Assembly (NCBI RefSeq): GCF_009914755.1
Contig: NC_060932.1
DNA: 64,000 nucleotides
Origin: the human T2T-CHM13v2.0 reference genome, Homo sapiens
Direction: 5' to 3' (one strand)
A program made the position numbers and the translations under genes. The notes under the pieces are model-generated. The model was not told where the DNA came from. It was given only the letters and a program-made list of their open reading frames with translations, and did not search any database. How positions within the stretch are numbered: position 1 is the stretch's first letter; each line of letters opens with the position of its first letter. This document shows, in pieces, positions 25,101 to 39,120 of the stretch.

Positions 25101-27242
25101 TGAACCACACTTTTTGTAGAATCTGCAAGTGGATATTTGGATAGCTGTGAGGATTTCGTTGGAAACGGGAATGTCTTCATAGAAAATTTAGACAGAAGCA
25201 TTCTCAGAACCTTGATTGTGATGTGTGTTCTCCACTAACAGAGTTGAACCTTTCTTTTGACAGAACTGTTCTGAAACATTCTTTTTATAGAATCTGGAAG
25301 TGGATATTTGGAAAGCTTTGAGGATTTCGTTGGAAACGGGAATATCTTCAAATAAAATCTAGCCAGAAGCATTCTAAGAAACATCTTAGGGATGTTTACA
25401 TTCAAGTCACAGAGTTGAACATTCCCTTTCACAGAGCAGGTTTGAAACAATCTTCTCGTACTATCTGGCAGTGGACATTTTGAGCTCCTTGGGGCCTATG
25501 CTGAAAAAGGAAATATCTTCCGACAAAAACTAGACAGAAGCATTCGCAGAATCACGTTTGTGATGTGTGCACTCAACTGTCAGAATTGAACCTTGGTTTG
25601 GACAGAGCACTTTTGAAACACTCTTTTTGTAGAATCTGCAGGTGGATATTTGGCTAGCTTTGAGGATTTCGTTGGAAACGGTAATGTCTTCAAAGAAAAT
25701 CTAGACAGAAGCATTCTCAGAAACACCTTCGTGATGTTTGCAATCAAGTCACAGAGTTGAACCTTCCGTTTCATAGAGCAGGTTGGAAACACTCTTTTTG
25801 TAGTATCTGGAAGTGGACATTTGGAGGGCTTTGTAGCCTATCTGGAAAAAGGAAATATCTTCCCATGAATGCGAGATAGAAGTAATCTCAGAAACATGTT
25901 TATGCTGTATCTACTCAACTAACTGTGCTGAACATTTCTATTGATAGAGCAGTTTTGAGACACTCTTCTTTTGGAATCTGCAAGTGGATATTTGGATAGA
26001 TTTGAGGATTTCGTTGGAAACGGGATTATATATAAAAAGTAGACAGCAGCATTCTCAGAAACTTCTTTGTGATGTTTGCATCCAGCTCTCAGAGTTGAAC
26101 ATTCCCTTTCATAGAGTAGGTTTGAAACCCTCTTTTTATAGTGTCTGGAAGCGGGCATTTGGAGCGCTTTCAGGCCTATGCTGAAAAAGGAAATATCTAC
26201 CTATAGAAACTAGACAGAAGCATTCTGAGAATCACGTTTGTGATGTGGGTACTCAACTAACAGTGTTGATCCATTCTTTTGATACAGCAGTTTTGAACCA
26301 CACTTTTTGTAGAATCTGCAAGTGGATATTTGGATAGCTGTGAGGATTTCGTTGGAAACGGGAATGTCTTCATAGAAAATTTAGACAGAAGCATTCTCAG
26401 AACCTTGATTGTGATGTGTGTTCTCCACTAACAGAGTTGAACCTTTCTTTTGACAGAACTGTTCTGAAACATTCTTTTTATAGAATCTGGAAGTGGATAT
26501 TTGGAAAGCTTTGAGGATTTCGTTGGAAACGGGAATATCTTCAAATAAAATCTAGCCAGAAGCATTCTAAGAAACATCTTAGGGATGTTTACATTCAAGT
26601 CACAGAGTTGAACATTCCCTTTCACAGAGCAGGTTTGAAACAATCTTCTCGTACTATCTGGCAGTGGACATTTTGAGCTCCTTGGGGCCTATGCTGAAAA
26701 AGGAAATATCTTCCGACAAAAACTAGACAGAAGCATTCGCAGAATCACGTTTGTGATGTGTGCACTCAACTGTCAGAATTGAACCTTGGTTTGGACAGAG
26801 CACTTTTGAAACACTCTTTTTGTAGAATCTGCAGGTGGATATTTGGCTAGCTTTGAGGATTTCGTTGGAAACGGTAATGTCTTCAAAGAAAATCTAGACA
26901 GAAGCATTCTCAGAAACACCTTCGTGATGTTTGCAATCAAGTCACAGAGTTGAACCTTCCGTTTCATAGAGCAGGTTGGAAACACTCTTTTTGTAGTATC
27001 TGGAAGTGGACATTTGGAGGGCTTTGTAGCCTATGTGGAAAAAGGAAATATCTTCCCATGAATGCGAGATAGAAGTAATCTCAGAAACATGTTTATGCTG
27101 TATCTACTCAACTAACTGTGCTGAACATTTCTATTGATAGAGCAGTTTTGAGACACTCTTCTTTTGGAATCTGCAAGTGGATATTTGGAGAGATTTGAGG
27201 ATTTCGTTGGAAACGGGATTATATATAAAAAGTAGACAGCAG
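22148..27242 (+). repeat. 8-8-7-7 HOR run; second 8-mer is 1353 bp
   Basis: Anchors 22082, 23438, 24791, 25984, 27177 (1356, 1353, 1193, 1193). Confidence 0.9.
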
Positions 27243-30200
27243 CATTCTCAGAAACTTCTTTGTGATGTTTGCATCCAGCTCTCAGAGTTGAACATTCCCT
27301 TTCATAGAGTAGGTTTGAAACCCTCTTTTTATAGTGTCTGGAAGCGGGCATTTGGAGCGCTTTCAGGCCTATGCTTAAAATAGGAAATATCTACCTACAG
27401 AAACTAGACAGAAGCATTCTGAGAATCTCGTTTGTGATGTGGGTACTCAACTAACAGTGTTGATCCATTCTTTTGATACAGCAGTTTTGAACCACACTTT
27501 TTGTAGAATCTGCAAGAGGATATTTGGATAGCTGTGAGGATTTCGTTGGAAACGGGAATGTCTTCAAAGAAAATCTAGACAGAAGCATTCTCAGAAATAC
27601 CTTCGTGATGTTTGCAATCAAGTCACAGAGTTGAACCTTCCGTTTCATAGAGCAGGTTGGAAACACTCTTATTGTAGTATCTGGAAGTGGACATTTGGAG
27701 CGCTTTCAGGCCTATGGTGAAAAAGGAAATATCTTCCCATAAAAACGATATAGAAGCTATCTCAGGAACTTGTTTATGATGCATCTAATCAACTAACAGT
27801 GTTGAACCTTTGTACTGACAGAGCAGTTTGAAACACTCTTTTTTTGGAATCTGCAAGTGGATATTTGGATCGCTTTGAGGATTTCGTTGGAAACGGGATG
27901 CAATATAAAACGTACACAGCAGCATACTCAGAAAATACTTTGCCATATTTCCATTCAAGTCACAGAGTGGAACATTCCCATTCATAGAGCAGGTTGGAAA
28001 CACTCTTTTTGGAGTATCTGGAAGTGGACATTTGGAGCGCTTTCTGAACTATGGTGAAAAAGGAAATATCTTCCAATGAAAACAAGACAGAAGCATTCTG
28101 AGAAACTTATTTGTGATGTGTGTCCTCAACAAACGGACTTGAACCTTTCGTTTCATGCAGTACTTCTGGAACACTCTTTTTGAAGATTCTGCATGCGGAT
28201 ATTTGGATAGCTTTGAGGATTTCGTTGGAAACGGGCTTACATGTAAAAATTAGACAGCAGCATTCTCAGAAACTTCTTTGTGGTGTCTGCATTCAAGTCA
28301 CAGAATTGAACTTCCCCTCACATAGAGCAGTTGTGCAGCACTCTATTTGTAGTATCTGGAAGTGGACATTTGGAGGGCTTTGTAGCCTATCTGGAAAAAG
28401 GAAATATCTTCCCATGAATGCGAGATAGAAGTAATCTCAGAAACATGTTTATGCTGTATCTACTCAACTAACTGTGCTGAACATTTCTATTGATAGAGCA
28501 GTTTTGAGACACTCTTCTTTTGGAATCTGCAAGTGGATATTTGGATAGATTTGAGGATTTCGTTGGAAACGGGATTATATATAAAAAGTAGACAGCAGCA
28601 TTCTCAGAAACTTCTTTGTGATGTTTGCATCCAGCTCTCAGAGTTGAACATTCCCTTTCATAGAGTAGGTTTGAAACCCTCTTTTTATAGTGTCTGGAAG
28701 CGGGCATTTGGAGCGCTTTCAGGCCTATGCTTAAAATAGGAAATATCTACCTACAGAAACTAGACAGAAGCATTCTGAGAATCTCGTTTGTGATGTGGGT
28801 ACTCAACTAACAGTGTTGATCCATTCTTTTGATACAGCAGTTTTGAACCACACTTTTTGTAGAATCTGCAAGAGGATATTTGGATAGCTGTGAGGATTTC
28901 GTTGGAAACGGGAATGTCTTCAAAGAAAATCTAGACAGAAGCATTCTCAGAAATACCTTCGTGATGTTTGCAATCAAGTCACAGAGTTGAACCTTCCGTT
29001 TCATAGAGCAGGTTGGAAACACTCTTATTGTAGTATCTGGAAGTGGACATTTGGAGCGCTTTCAGGCCTATGGTGAAAAAGGAAATATCTTCCCATAAAA
29101 ACGATATAGAAGCTATCTCAGGAACTTGTTTATGATGCATCTAATCAACTAACAGTGTTGAACCTTTGTACTGACAGAGCAGTTTGAAACACTCTTTTTT
29201 TGGAATCTGCAAGTGGATATTTGGATCGCTTTGAGGATTTCGTTGGAAACGGGATGCAATATAAAACGTACACAGCAGCATACTCAGAAAATACTTTGCC
29301 ATATTTCCATTCAAGTCACAGAGTGGAACATTCCCATTCATAGAGCAGGTTGGAAACACTCTTTTTGGAGTATCTGGAAGTGGACATTTGGAGCGCTTTC
29401 TGAACTATGGTGAAAAAGGAAATATCTTCCAATGAAAACAAGACAGAAGCATTCTGAGAAACTTATTTGTGATGTGTGTCCTCAACAAACGGACTTGAAC
29501 CTTTCGTTTCATGCAGTACTTCTGGAACACTCTTTTTGAAGATTCTGCATGCGGATATTTGGATAGCTTTGAGGATTTCGTTGGAAACGGGCTTACATGT
29601 AAAAATTAGACAGCAGCATTCTCAGAAACTTCTTTGTGGTGTCTGCATTCAAGTCACAGAATTGAACTTCCCCTCACATAGAGCAGTTGTGCAGCACTCT
29701 ATTTGTAGTATCTGGAAGTGGACATTTGGAGGGCTTTGTAGCCTATCTGGAAAAAGGAAATATCTTCCCATGAATGCGAGATAGAAGTAATCTCAGAAAC
29801 ATGTTTATGCTGTATCTACTCAACTAACTGTGCTGAACATTTCTATTGATAGAGCAGTTTTGAGACACTCTTCTTTTGGAATCTGCAAGTGGATATTTGG
29901 ATAGATTTGAGGATTTCGTTGGAAACGGGATTATATATAAAAAGTAGACAGCAGCATTCTCAGAAACTTCTTTGTGATGTTTGCATCCAGCTCTCAGAGT
30001 TGAACATTCCCTTTCATAGAGTAGGTTTGAAACCCTCTTTTTATAGTGTCTGGAAGCGGGCATTTGGAGCGCTTTCAGGCCTATGCTTAAAATAGGAAAT
30101 ATCTACCTACAGAAACTAGACAGAAGCATTCTGAGAATCACGTTTGTGATGTGGGTACTCAACTAACAGTGTTGATCCATTCTTTTGATACAGCAGTTTT

Positions 30201-33200
30201 GAACCACACTTTTTGTAGAATCTGCAAGAGGATATTTGGATAGCTGTGAGGATTTCGTTGGAAACGGGGATGTCTTCAAAGAAAATCTAGACAGAAGCAT
30301 TCTCAGAAACACCTTCGTGATGTTTGCAATCAAGTCACAGAGTTGAACCTTCCGTTTCATAGAGCAGGTTGGAAACACTCTTATTGTAGTATCTGGAAGT
30401 GGACATTTGGAGCGCTTTCAGGCCTATGGTGAAAAAGGAAATATCTTCCCATAAAAACGACATAGAAGCTATCTCAGGAACTTGTTTATGATGCATCTAA
30501 TCAACTAACAGTGTTGAACCTTTGTACTGACAGAGCAGTTTGAAACACTCTTTTTTTGGAATCTGCAAGTGGATATTTGGATCGCTTTGAGGATTTCGTT
30601 GGAAACGGGATGCAATATAAAACGTACACAGCAGCATACTCAGAAAATACTTTGCCATATTTCCATTCAAGTCACAGAGTGGAACATTCCCATTCATAGA
30701 GCAGGTTGGAAACACTCTTTTTGGAGTATCTGGAAGTGGACATTTGGAGCGCTTTCTGAACTATGGTGAAAAAGGAAATATCTTCCAATGAAAACAAGAC
30801 AGAAGCATTCTGAGAAACTTATTTGTGATGTGTGTCCTCAACAAACGGACTTGAACCTTTCGTTTCATGCAGTACTTCTGGAACACTCTTTTTGAAGATT
30901 CTGCATGCGGATATTTGGATAGCTTTGAGGATTTCGTTGGAAACGGGCTTACATGTAAAAATTAGACAGCAGCATTCTCAGAAACTTCTTTGTGGTGTCT
31001 GCATTCAAGTCACAGAATTGAACTTCCCCTCACATAGAGCAGTTGTGCAGCACTCTATTTGTAGTATCTGGAAGTGGACATTTGGAGGGCTTTGTAGCCT
31101 ATCTGGAAAAAGGAAATATCTTCCCATGAATGCGAGATAGAAGTAATCTCAGAAACATGTTTATGCTGTATCTACTCAACTAACTGTGCTGAACATTTCT
31201 ATTGATAGAGCAGTTTTGAGACACTCTTCTTTTGGAATCTGCAAGTGGATATTTGGATAGATTTGAGGATTTCGTTGGAAACGGGATTATATATAAAAAG
31301 TAGACAGCAGCATTCTCAGAAACTTCTTTGTGATGTTTGCATCCAGCTCTCAGAGTTGAACATTCCCTTTCATAGAGTAGGTTTGAAACCCTCTTTTTAT
31401 AGTGTCTGGAAGCGGGCATTTGGAGCGCTTTCAGGCCTATGCTGAAAAAGGAAATATCTACCTATAGAAACTAGACAGAAGCATTCTGAGAATCACGTTT
31501 GTGATGTGGGTACTCAACTAACAGTGTTGATCCATTCTTTTGATACAGCAGTTTTGAACCACACTTTTTGTAGAATCTGCAAGTGGATATTTGGATAGCT
31601 GTGAGGATTTCGTTGGAAACGGGAATGTCTTCATAGAAAATTTAGACAGAAGCATTCTCAGAACCTTGATTGTGATGTGTGTTCTCCACTAACAGAGTTG
31701 AACCTTTCTTTTGACAGAACTGTTCTGAAACATTCTTTTTATAGAATCTGGAAGTGGATATTTGGAAAGCTTTGAGGATTTCGTTGGAAACGGGAATATC
31801 TTCAAATAAAATCTAGCCAGAAGCATTCTAAGAAACATCTTAGGGATGTTTACATTCAAGTCACAGAGTTGAACATTCCCTTTCACAGAGCAGGTTTGAA
31901 ACAATCTTCTCGTACTATCTGGCAGTGGACATTTTGAGCTCCTTGGGGCCTATGCTGAAAAAGGAAATATCTTCCGACAAAAACTAGACAGAAGCATTCG
32001 CAGAATCACGTTTGTGATGTGTGCACTCAACTGTCAGAATTGAACCTTGGTTTGGACAGAGCACTTTTGAAACACTCTTTTTGTAGAATCTGCAGGTGGA
32101 TATTTGGCTAGCTTTGAGGATTTCGTTGGAAACGGTAATGTCTTCAAAGAAAATCTAGACAGAAGCATTCTCAGAAACACCTTCGTGATGTTTGCAATCA
32201 AGTCACAGAGTTGAACCTTCCGTTTCATAGAGCAGGTTGGAAACACTCTATTTGTAGTATCTGGAAGTGGACATTTGGAGGGCTTTGTAGCCTATCTGGA
32301 AAAAGGAAATATCTTCCCATGAATGCGAGATAGAAGTAATCTCAGAAACATGTTTATGCTGTATCTACTCAACTAACTGTGCTGAACATTTCTATTGATA
32401 GAGCAGTTTTGAGACACTCTTCTTTTGGAATCTGCAAGTGGATATTTGGATAGATTTGAGGATTTCGTTGGAAACGGGATTATATATAAAAAGTAGACAG
32501 CAGCATTCTCAGAAACTTCTTTGTGATGTTTGCATCCAGCTCTCAGAGTTGAACATTCCCTTTCATAGAGTAGGTTTGAAACCCTCTTTTTATAGTGTCT
32601 GGAAGCGGGCATTTGGAGCGCTTTCAGGCCTATGCTTAAAATAGGAAATATCTACCTACAGAAACTAGACAGAAGCATTCTGAGAATCTCGTTTGTGATG
32701 TGGGTACTCAACTAACAGTGTTGATCCATTCTTTTGATACAGCAGTTTTGAACCACACTTTTTGTAGAATCTGCAAGAGGATATTTGGATAGCTGTGAGG
32801 ATTTCGTTGGAAACGGGAATGTCTTCAAAGAAAATCTAGACAGAAGCATTCTCAGAAATACCTTCGTGATGTTTGCAATCAAGTCACAGAGTTGAACCTT
32901 CCGTTTCATAGAGCAGGTTGGAAACACTCTTATTGTAGTATCTGGAAGTGGACATTTGGAGCGCTTTCAGGCCTATGGTGAAAAAGGAAATATCTTCCCA
33001 TAAAAACGATATAGAAGCTATCTCAGGAACTTGTTTATGATGCATCTAATCAACTAACAGTGTTGAACCTTTGTACTGACAGAGCAGTTTGAAACACTCT
33101 TTTTTTGGAATCTGCAAGTGGATATTTGGATCGCTTTGAGGATTTCGTTGGAAACGGGATGCAATATAAAACGTACACAGCAGCATACTCAGAAAATACT

Positions 33201-36200
33201 TTGCCATATTTCCATTCAAGTCACAGAGTGGAACATTCCCATTCATAGAGCAGGTTGGAAACACTCTTTTTGGAGTATCTGGAAGTGGACATTTGGAGCG
33301 CTTTCTGAACTATGGTGAAAAAGGAAATATCTTCCAATGAAAACAAGACAGAAGCATTCTGAGAAACTTATTTGTGATGTGTGTCCTCAACAAACGGACT
33401 TGAACCTTTCGTTTCATGCAGTACTTCTGGAACACTCTTTTTGAAGATTCTGCATGCGGATATTTGGATAGCTTTGAGGATTTCGTTGGAAACGGGCTTA
33501 CATGTAAAAATTAGACAGCAGCATTCTCAGAAACTTCTTTGTGGTGTCTGCATTCAAGTCACAGAATTGAACTTCCCCTCACATAGAGCAGTTGTGCAGC
33601 ACTCTATTTGTAGTATCTGGAAGTGGACATTTGGAGGGCTTTGTAGCCTATCTGGAAAAAGGAAATATCTTCCCATGAATGCGAGATAGAAGTAATCTCA
33701 GAAACATGTTTATGCTGTATCTACTCAACTAACTGTGCTGAACATTTCTATTGATAGAGCAGTTTTGAGACACTCTTCTTTTGGAATCTGCAAGTGGATA
33801 TTTGGATAGATTTGAGGATTTCGTTGGAAACGGGATTATATATAAAAAGTAGACAGCAGCATTCTCAGAAACTTCTTTGTGATGTTTGCATCCAGCTCTC
33901 AGAGTTGAACATTCCCTTTCATAGAGTAGGTTTGAAACCCTCTTTTTATAGTGTCTGGAAGCGGGCATTTGGAGCGCTTTCAGGCCTATGCTTAAAATAG
34001 GAAATATCTACCTACAGAAACTAGACAGAAGCATTCTGAGAATCTCGTTTGTGATGTGGGTACTCAACTAACAGTGTTGATCCATTCTTTTGATACAGCA
34101 GTTTTGAACCACACTTTTTGTAGAATCTGCAAGAGGATATTTGGATAGCTGTGAGGATTTCGTTGGAAACGGGAATGTCTTCAAAGAAAATCTAGACAGA
34201 AGCATTCTCAGAAATACCTTCGTGATGTTTGCAATCAAGTCACAGAGTTGAACCTTCCGTTTCATAGAGCAGGTTGGAAACACTCTTATTGTAGTATCTG
34301 GAAGTGGACATTTGGAGCGCTTTCAGGCCTATGGTGAAAAAGGAAATATCTTCCCATAAAAACGATATAGAAGCTATCTCAGGAACTTGTTTATGATGCA
34401 TCTAATCAACTAACAGTGTTGAACCTTTGTACTGACAGAGCAGTTTGAAACACTCTTTTTTTGGAATCTGCAAGTGGATATTTGGATCGCTTTGAGGATT
34501 TCGTTGGAAACGGGATGCAATATAAAACGTACACAGCAGCATACTCAGAAAATACTTTGCCATATTTCCATTCAAGTCACAGAGTGGAACATTCCCATTC
34601 ATAGAGCAGGTTGGAAACACTCTTTTTGGAGTATCTGGAAGTGGACATTTGGAGCGCTTTCTGAACTATGGTGAAAAAGGAAATATCTTCCAATGAAAAC
34701 AAGACAGAAGCATTCTGAGAAACTTATTTGTGATGTGTGTCCTCAACAAACGGACTTGAACCTTTCGTTTCATGCAGTACTTCTGGAACACTCTTTTTGA
34801 AGATTCTGCATGCGGATATTTGGATAGCTTTGAGGATTTCGTTGGAAACGGGCTTACATGTAAAAATTAGACAGCAGCATTCTCAGAAACTTCTTTGTGG
34901 TGTCTGCATTCAAGTCACAGAATTGAACTTCCCCTCACATAGAGCAGTTGTGCAGCACTCTATTTGTAGTATCTGGAAGTGGACATTTGGAGGGCTTTGT
35001 AGCCTATCTGGAAAAAGGAAATATCTTCCCATGAATGCGAGATAGAAGTAATCTCAGAAACATGTTTATGCTGTATCTACTCAACTAACTGTGCTGAACA
35101 TTTCTATTGATAGAGCAGTTTTGAGACACTCTTCTTTTGGAATCTGCAAGTGGATATTTGGATAGATTTGAGGATTTCGTTGGAAACGGGATTATATATA
35201 AAAAGTAGACAGCAGCATTCTCAGAAACTTCTTTGTGATGTTTGCATCCAGCTCTCAGAGTTGAACATTCCCTTTCATAGAGTAGGTTTGAAACCCTCTT
35301 TTTATAGTGTCTGGAAGCGGGCATTTGGAGCGCTTTCAGGCCTATGCTTAAAATAGGAAATATCTACCTACAGAAACTAGACAGAAGCATTCTGAGAATC
35401 ACGTTTGTGATGTGGGTACTCAACTAACAGTGTTGATCCATTCTTTTGATACAGCAGTTTTGAACCACACTTTTTGTAGAATCTGCAAGAGGATATTTGG
35501 ATAGCTGTGAGGATTTCGTTGGAAACGGGGATGTCTTCAAAGAAAATCTAGACAGAAGCATTCTCAGAAACACCTTCGTGATGTTTGCAATCAAGTCACA
35601 GAGTTGAACCTTCCGTTTCATAGAGCAGGTTGGAAACACTCTTATTGTAGTATCTGGAAGTGGACATTTGGAGCGCTTTCAGGCCTATGGTGAAAAAGGA
35701 AATATCTTCCCATAAAAACGACATAGAAGCTATCTCAGGAACTTGTTTATGATGCATCTAATCAACTAACAGTGTTGAATCTTTGTACTGACAGAGCAGT
35801 TTGAAACACTCTTTTTTTGGAATCTGCAAGTGGATATTTGGATCGCTTTGAGGATTTCGTTGGAAACGGGATGCAATATAAAACGTACACAGCAGCATAC
35901 TCAGAAAATACTTTGCCATATTTCCATTCAAGTCACAGAGTGGAACATTCCCATTCATAGAGCAGGTTGGAAACACTCTTTTTGGAGTATCTGGAAGTGG
36001 ACATTTGGAGCGCTTTCTGAACTATGGTGAAAAAGGAAATATCTTCCAATGAAAACAAGACAGAAGCATTCTGAGAAACTTATTTGTGATGTGTGTCCTC
36101 AACAAACGGACTTGAACCTTTCGTTTCATGCAGTACTTCTGGAACACTCTTTTTGAAGATTCTGCATGCGGATATTTGGATAGCTTTGAGGATTTCGTTG

Positions 36201-36571
36201 GAAACGGGCTTACATGTAAAAATTAGACAGCAGCATTCTCAGAAACTTCTTTGTGGTGTCTGCATTCAAGTCACAGAATTGAACTTCCCCTCACATAGAG
36301 CAGTTGTGCAGCACTCTATTTGTAGTATCTGGAAGTGGACATTTGGAGGGCTTTGTAGCCTATCTGGAAAAAGGAAATATCTTCCCATGAATGCGAGATA
36401 GAAGTAATCTCAGAAACATGTTTATGCTGTATCTACTCAACTAACTGTGCTGAACATTTCTATTGATAGAGCAGTTTTGAGACACTCTTCTTTTGGAATC
36501 TGCAAGTGGATATTTGGATAGATTTGAGGATTTCGTTGGAAACGGGATTATATATAAAAAGTAGACAGCAG
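26050..36571 (+). repeat. (7-8-8-8) x2 super-HOR block, 5261 bp period (31 monomers)
   Basis: Anchors 25984, 31245, 36506 are spaced 5261 bp. In both triplets the first two 8-mers carry aatcTcg/aaaTacc/acgaTat and the third carries cgggGatg. Confidence 0.85.
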
Positions 36572-39120
36572 CATTCTCAGAAACTTCTTTGTGATGTTTG
36601 CATCCAGCTCTCAGAGTTGAACATTCCCTTTCATAGAGTAGGTTTGAAACCCTCTTTTTATAGTGTCTGGAAGCGGGCATTTGGAGCGCTTTCAGGCCTA
36701 TGCTGAAAAAGGAAATATCTACCTATAGAAACTAGACAGAAGCATTCTGAGAATCACGTTTGTGATGTGGGTACTCAACTAACAGTGTTGATCCATTCTT
36801 TTGATACAGCAGTTTTGAACCACACTTTTTGTAGAATCTGCAAGTGGATATTTGGATAGCTGTGAGGATTTCGTTGGAAACGGGAATGTCTTCATAGAAA
36901 ATTTAGACAGAAGCATTCTCAGAACCTTGATTGTGATGTGTGTTCTCCACTAACAGAGTTGAACCTTTCTTTTGACAGAACTGTTCTGAAACATTCTTTT
37001 TATAGAATCTGGAAGTGGATATTTGGAAAGCTTTGAGGATTTCGTTGGAAACGGGAATATCTTCAAATCAAATCTAGCCAGAAGCATTCTAAGAAACATC
37101 TTAGGGATGTTTACATTCAAGTCACAGAGTTGAACATTCCCTTTCACAGAGCAGGTTTGAAACAATCTTCTCGTACTATCTGGCAGTGGACATTTTGAGC
37201 TCCTTGGGGCCTATGCTGAAAAAGGAAATATCTTCCGACAAAAACTAGACAGAAGCATTCGCAGAATCACGTTTGTGATGTGTGCACTCAACTGTCAGAA
37301 TTGAACCTTGGTTTGGACAGAGCACTTTTGAAACACTCTTTTTGTAGAATCTGCAGGTGGATATTTGGCTAGCTTTGAGGATTTCGTTGGAAACGGTAAT
37401 GTCTTCAAAGAAAATCTAGACAGAAGCATTCTCAGAAACACCTTCGTGATGTTTGCAATCAAGTCACAGAGTTGAACCTTCCGTTTCATAGAGCAGGTTG
37501 GAAACACTCTATTTGTAGTATCTGGAAGTGGACATTTGGAGGGCTTTGTAGCCTATCTGGAAAAAGGAAATATCTTCCCATGAATGCGAGATAGAAGTAA
37601 TCTCAGAAACATGTTTATGCTGTATCTACTCAACTAACTGTGCTGAACATTTCTATTGATAGAGCAGTTTTGAGACACTCTTCTTTTGGAATCTGCAAGT
37701 GGATATTTGGATAGATTTGAGGATTTCGTTGGAAACGGGATTATATATAAAAAGTAGACAGCAGCATTCTCAGAAACTTCTTTGTGATGTTTGCATCCAG
37801 CTCTCAGAGTTGAACATTCCCTTTCATAGAGTAGGTTTGAAACCCTCTTTTTATAGTGTCTGGAAGCGGGCATTTGGAGCGCTTTCAGGCCTATGCTTAA
37901 AATAGGAAATATCTACCTACAGAAACTAGACAGAAGCATTCTGAGAATCACGTTTGTGATGTGGGTACTCAACTAACAGTGTTGATCCATTCTTTTGATA
38001 CAGCAGTTTTGAACCACACTTTTTGTAGAATCTGCAAGAGGATATTTGGATAGCTGTGAGGATTTCGTTGGAAACGGGGATGTCTTCAAAGAAAATCTAG
38101 ACAGAAGCATTCTCAGAAACACCTTCGTGATGTTTGCAATCAAGTCACAGAGTTGAACCTTCCGTTTCATAGAGCAGGTTGGAAACACTCTTATTGTAGT
38201 ATCTGGAAGTGGACATTTGGAGTGCTTTCAGGCCTATGGTGAAAAAGGAAATATCTTCCCATAAAAACGACATAGAAGCTATCTCAGGAACTTGTTTATG
38301 ATGCATCTAATCAACTAACAGTGTTGAACCTTTGTACTGACAGAGCAGTTTGAAACACTCTTTTTTTGGAATCTGCAAGTGGATATTTGGATCGCTTTGA
38401 GGATTTCGTTGGAAACGGGATGCAATATAAAACGTACACAGCAGCATACTCAGAAAATACTTTGCCATATTTCCATTCAAGTCACAGAGTGGAACATTCC
38501 CATTCATAGAGCAGGTTGGAAACACTCTTTTTGGAGTATCTGGAAGTGGACATTTGGAGCGCTTTCTGAACTATGGTGAAAAAGGAAATATCTTCCAATG
38601 AAAACAAGACAGAAGCATTCTGAGAAACTTATTTGTGATGTGTGTCCTCAACAAACGGACTTGAACCTTTCGTTTCATGCAGTACTTCTGGAACACTCTT
38701 TTTGAAGATTCTGCATGCGGATATTTGGATAGCTTTGAGGATTTCGTTGGAAACGGGCTTACATGTAAAAATTAGACAGCAGCATTCTCAGAAACTTCTT
38801 TGTGGTGTCTGCATTCAAGTCACAGAATTGAACTTCCCCTCACATAGAGCAGTTGTGCAGCACTCTATTTGTAGTATCTGGAAGTGGACATTTGGAGGGC
38901 TTTGTAGCCTATCTGGAAAAAGGAAATATCTTCCCATGAATGCGAGATAGAAGTAATCTCAGAAACATGTTTATGCTGTATCTACTCAACTAACTGTGCT
39001 GAACATTTCTATTGATAGAGCAGTTTTGAGACACTCTTCTTTTGGAATCTGCAAGTGGATATTTGGATAGATTTGAGGATTTCGTTGGAAACGGGATTAT
39101 ATATAAAAAGTAGACAGCAG

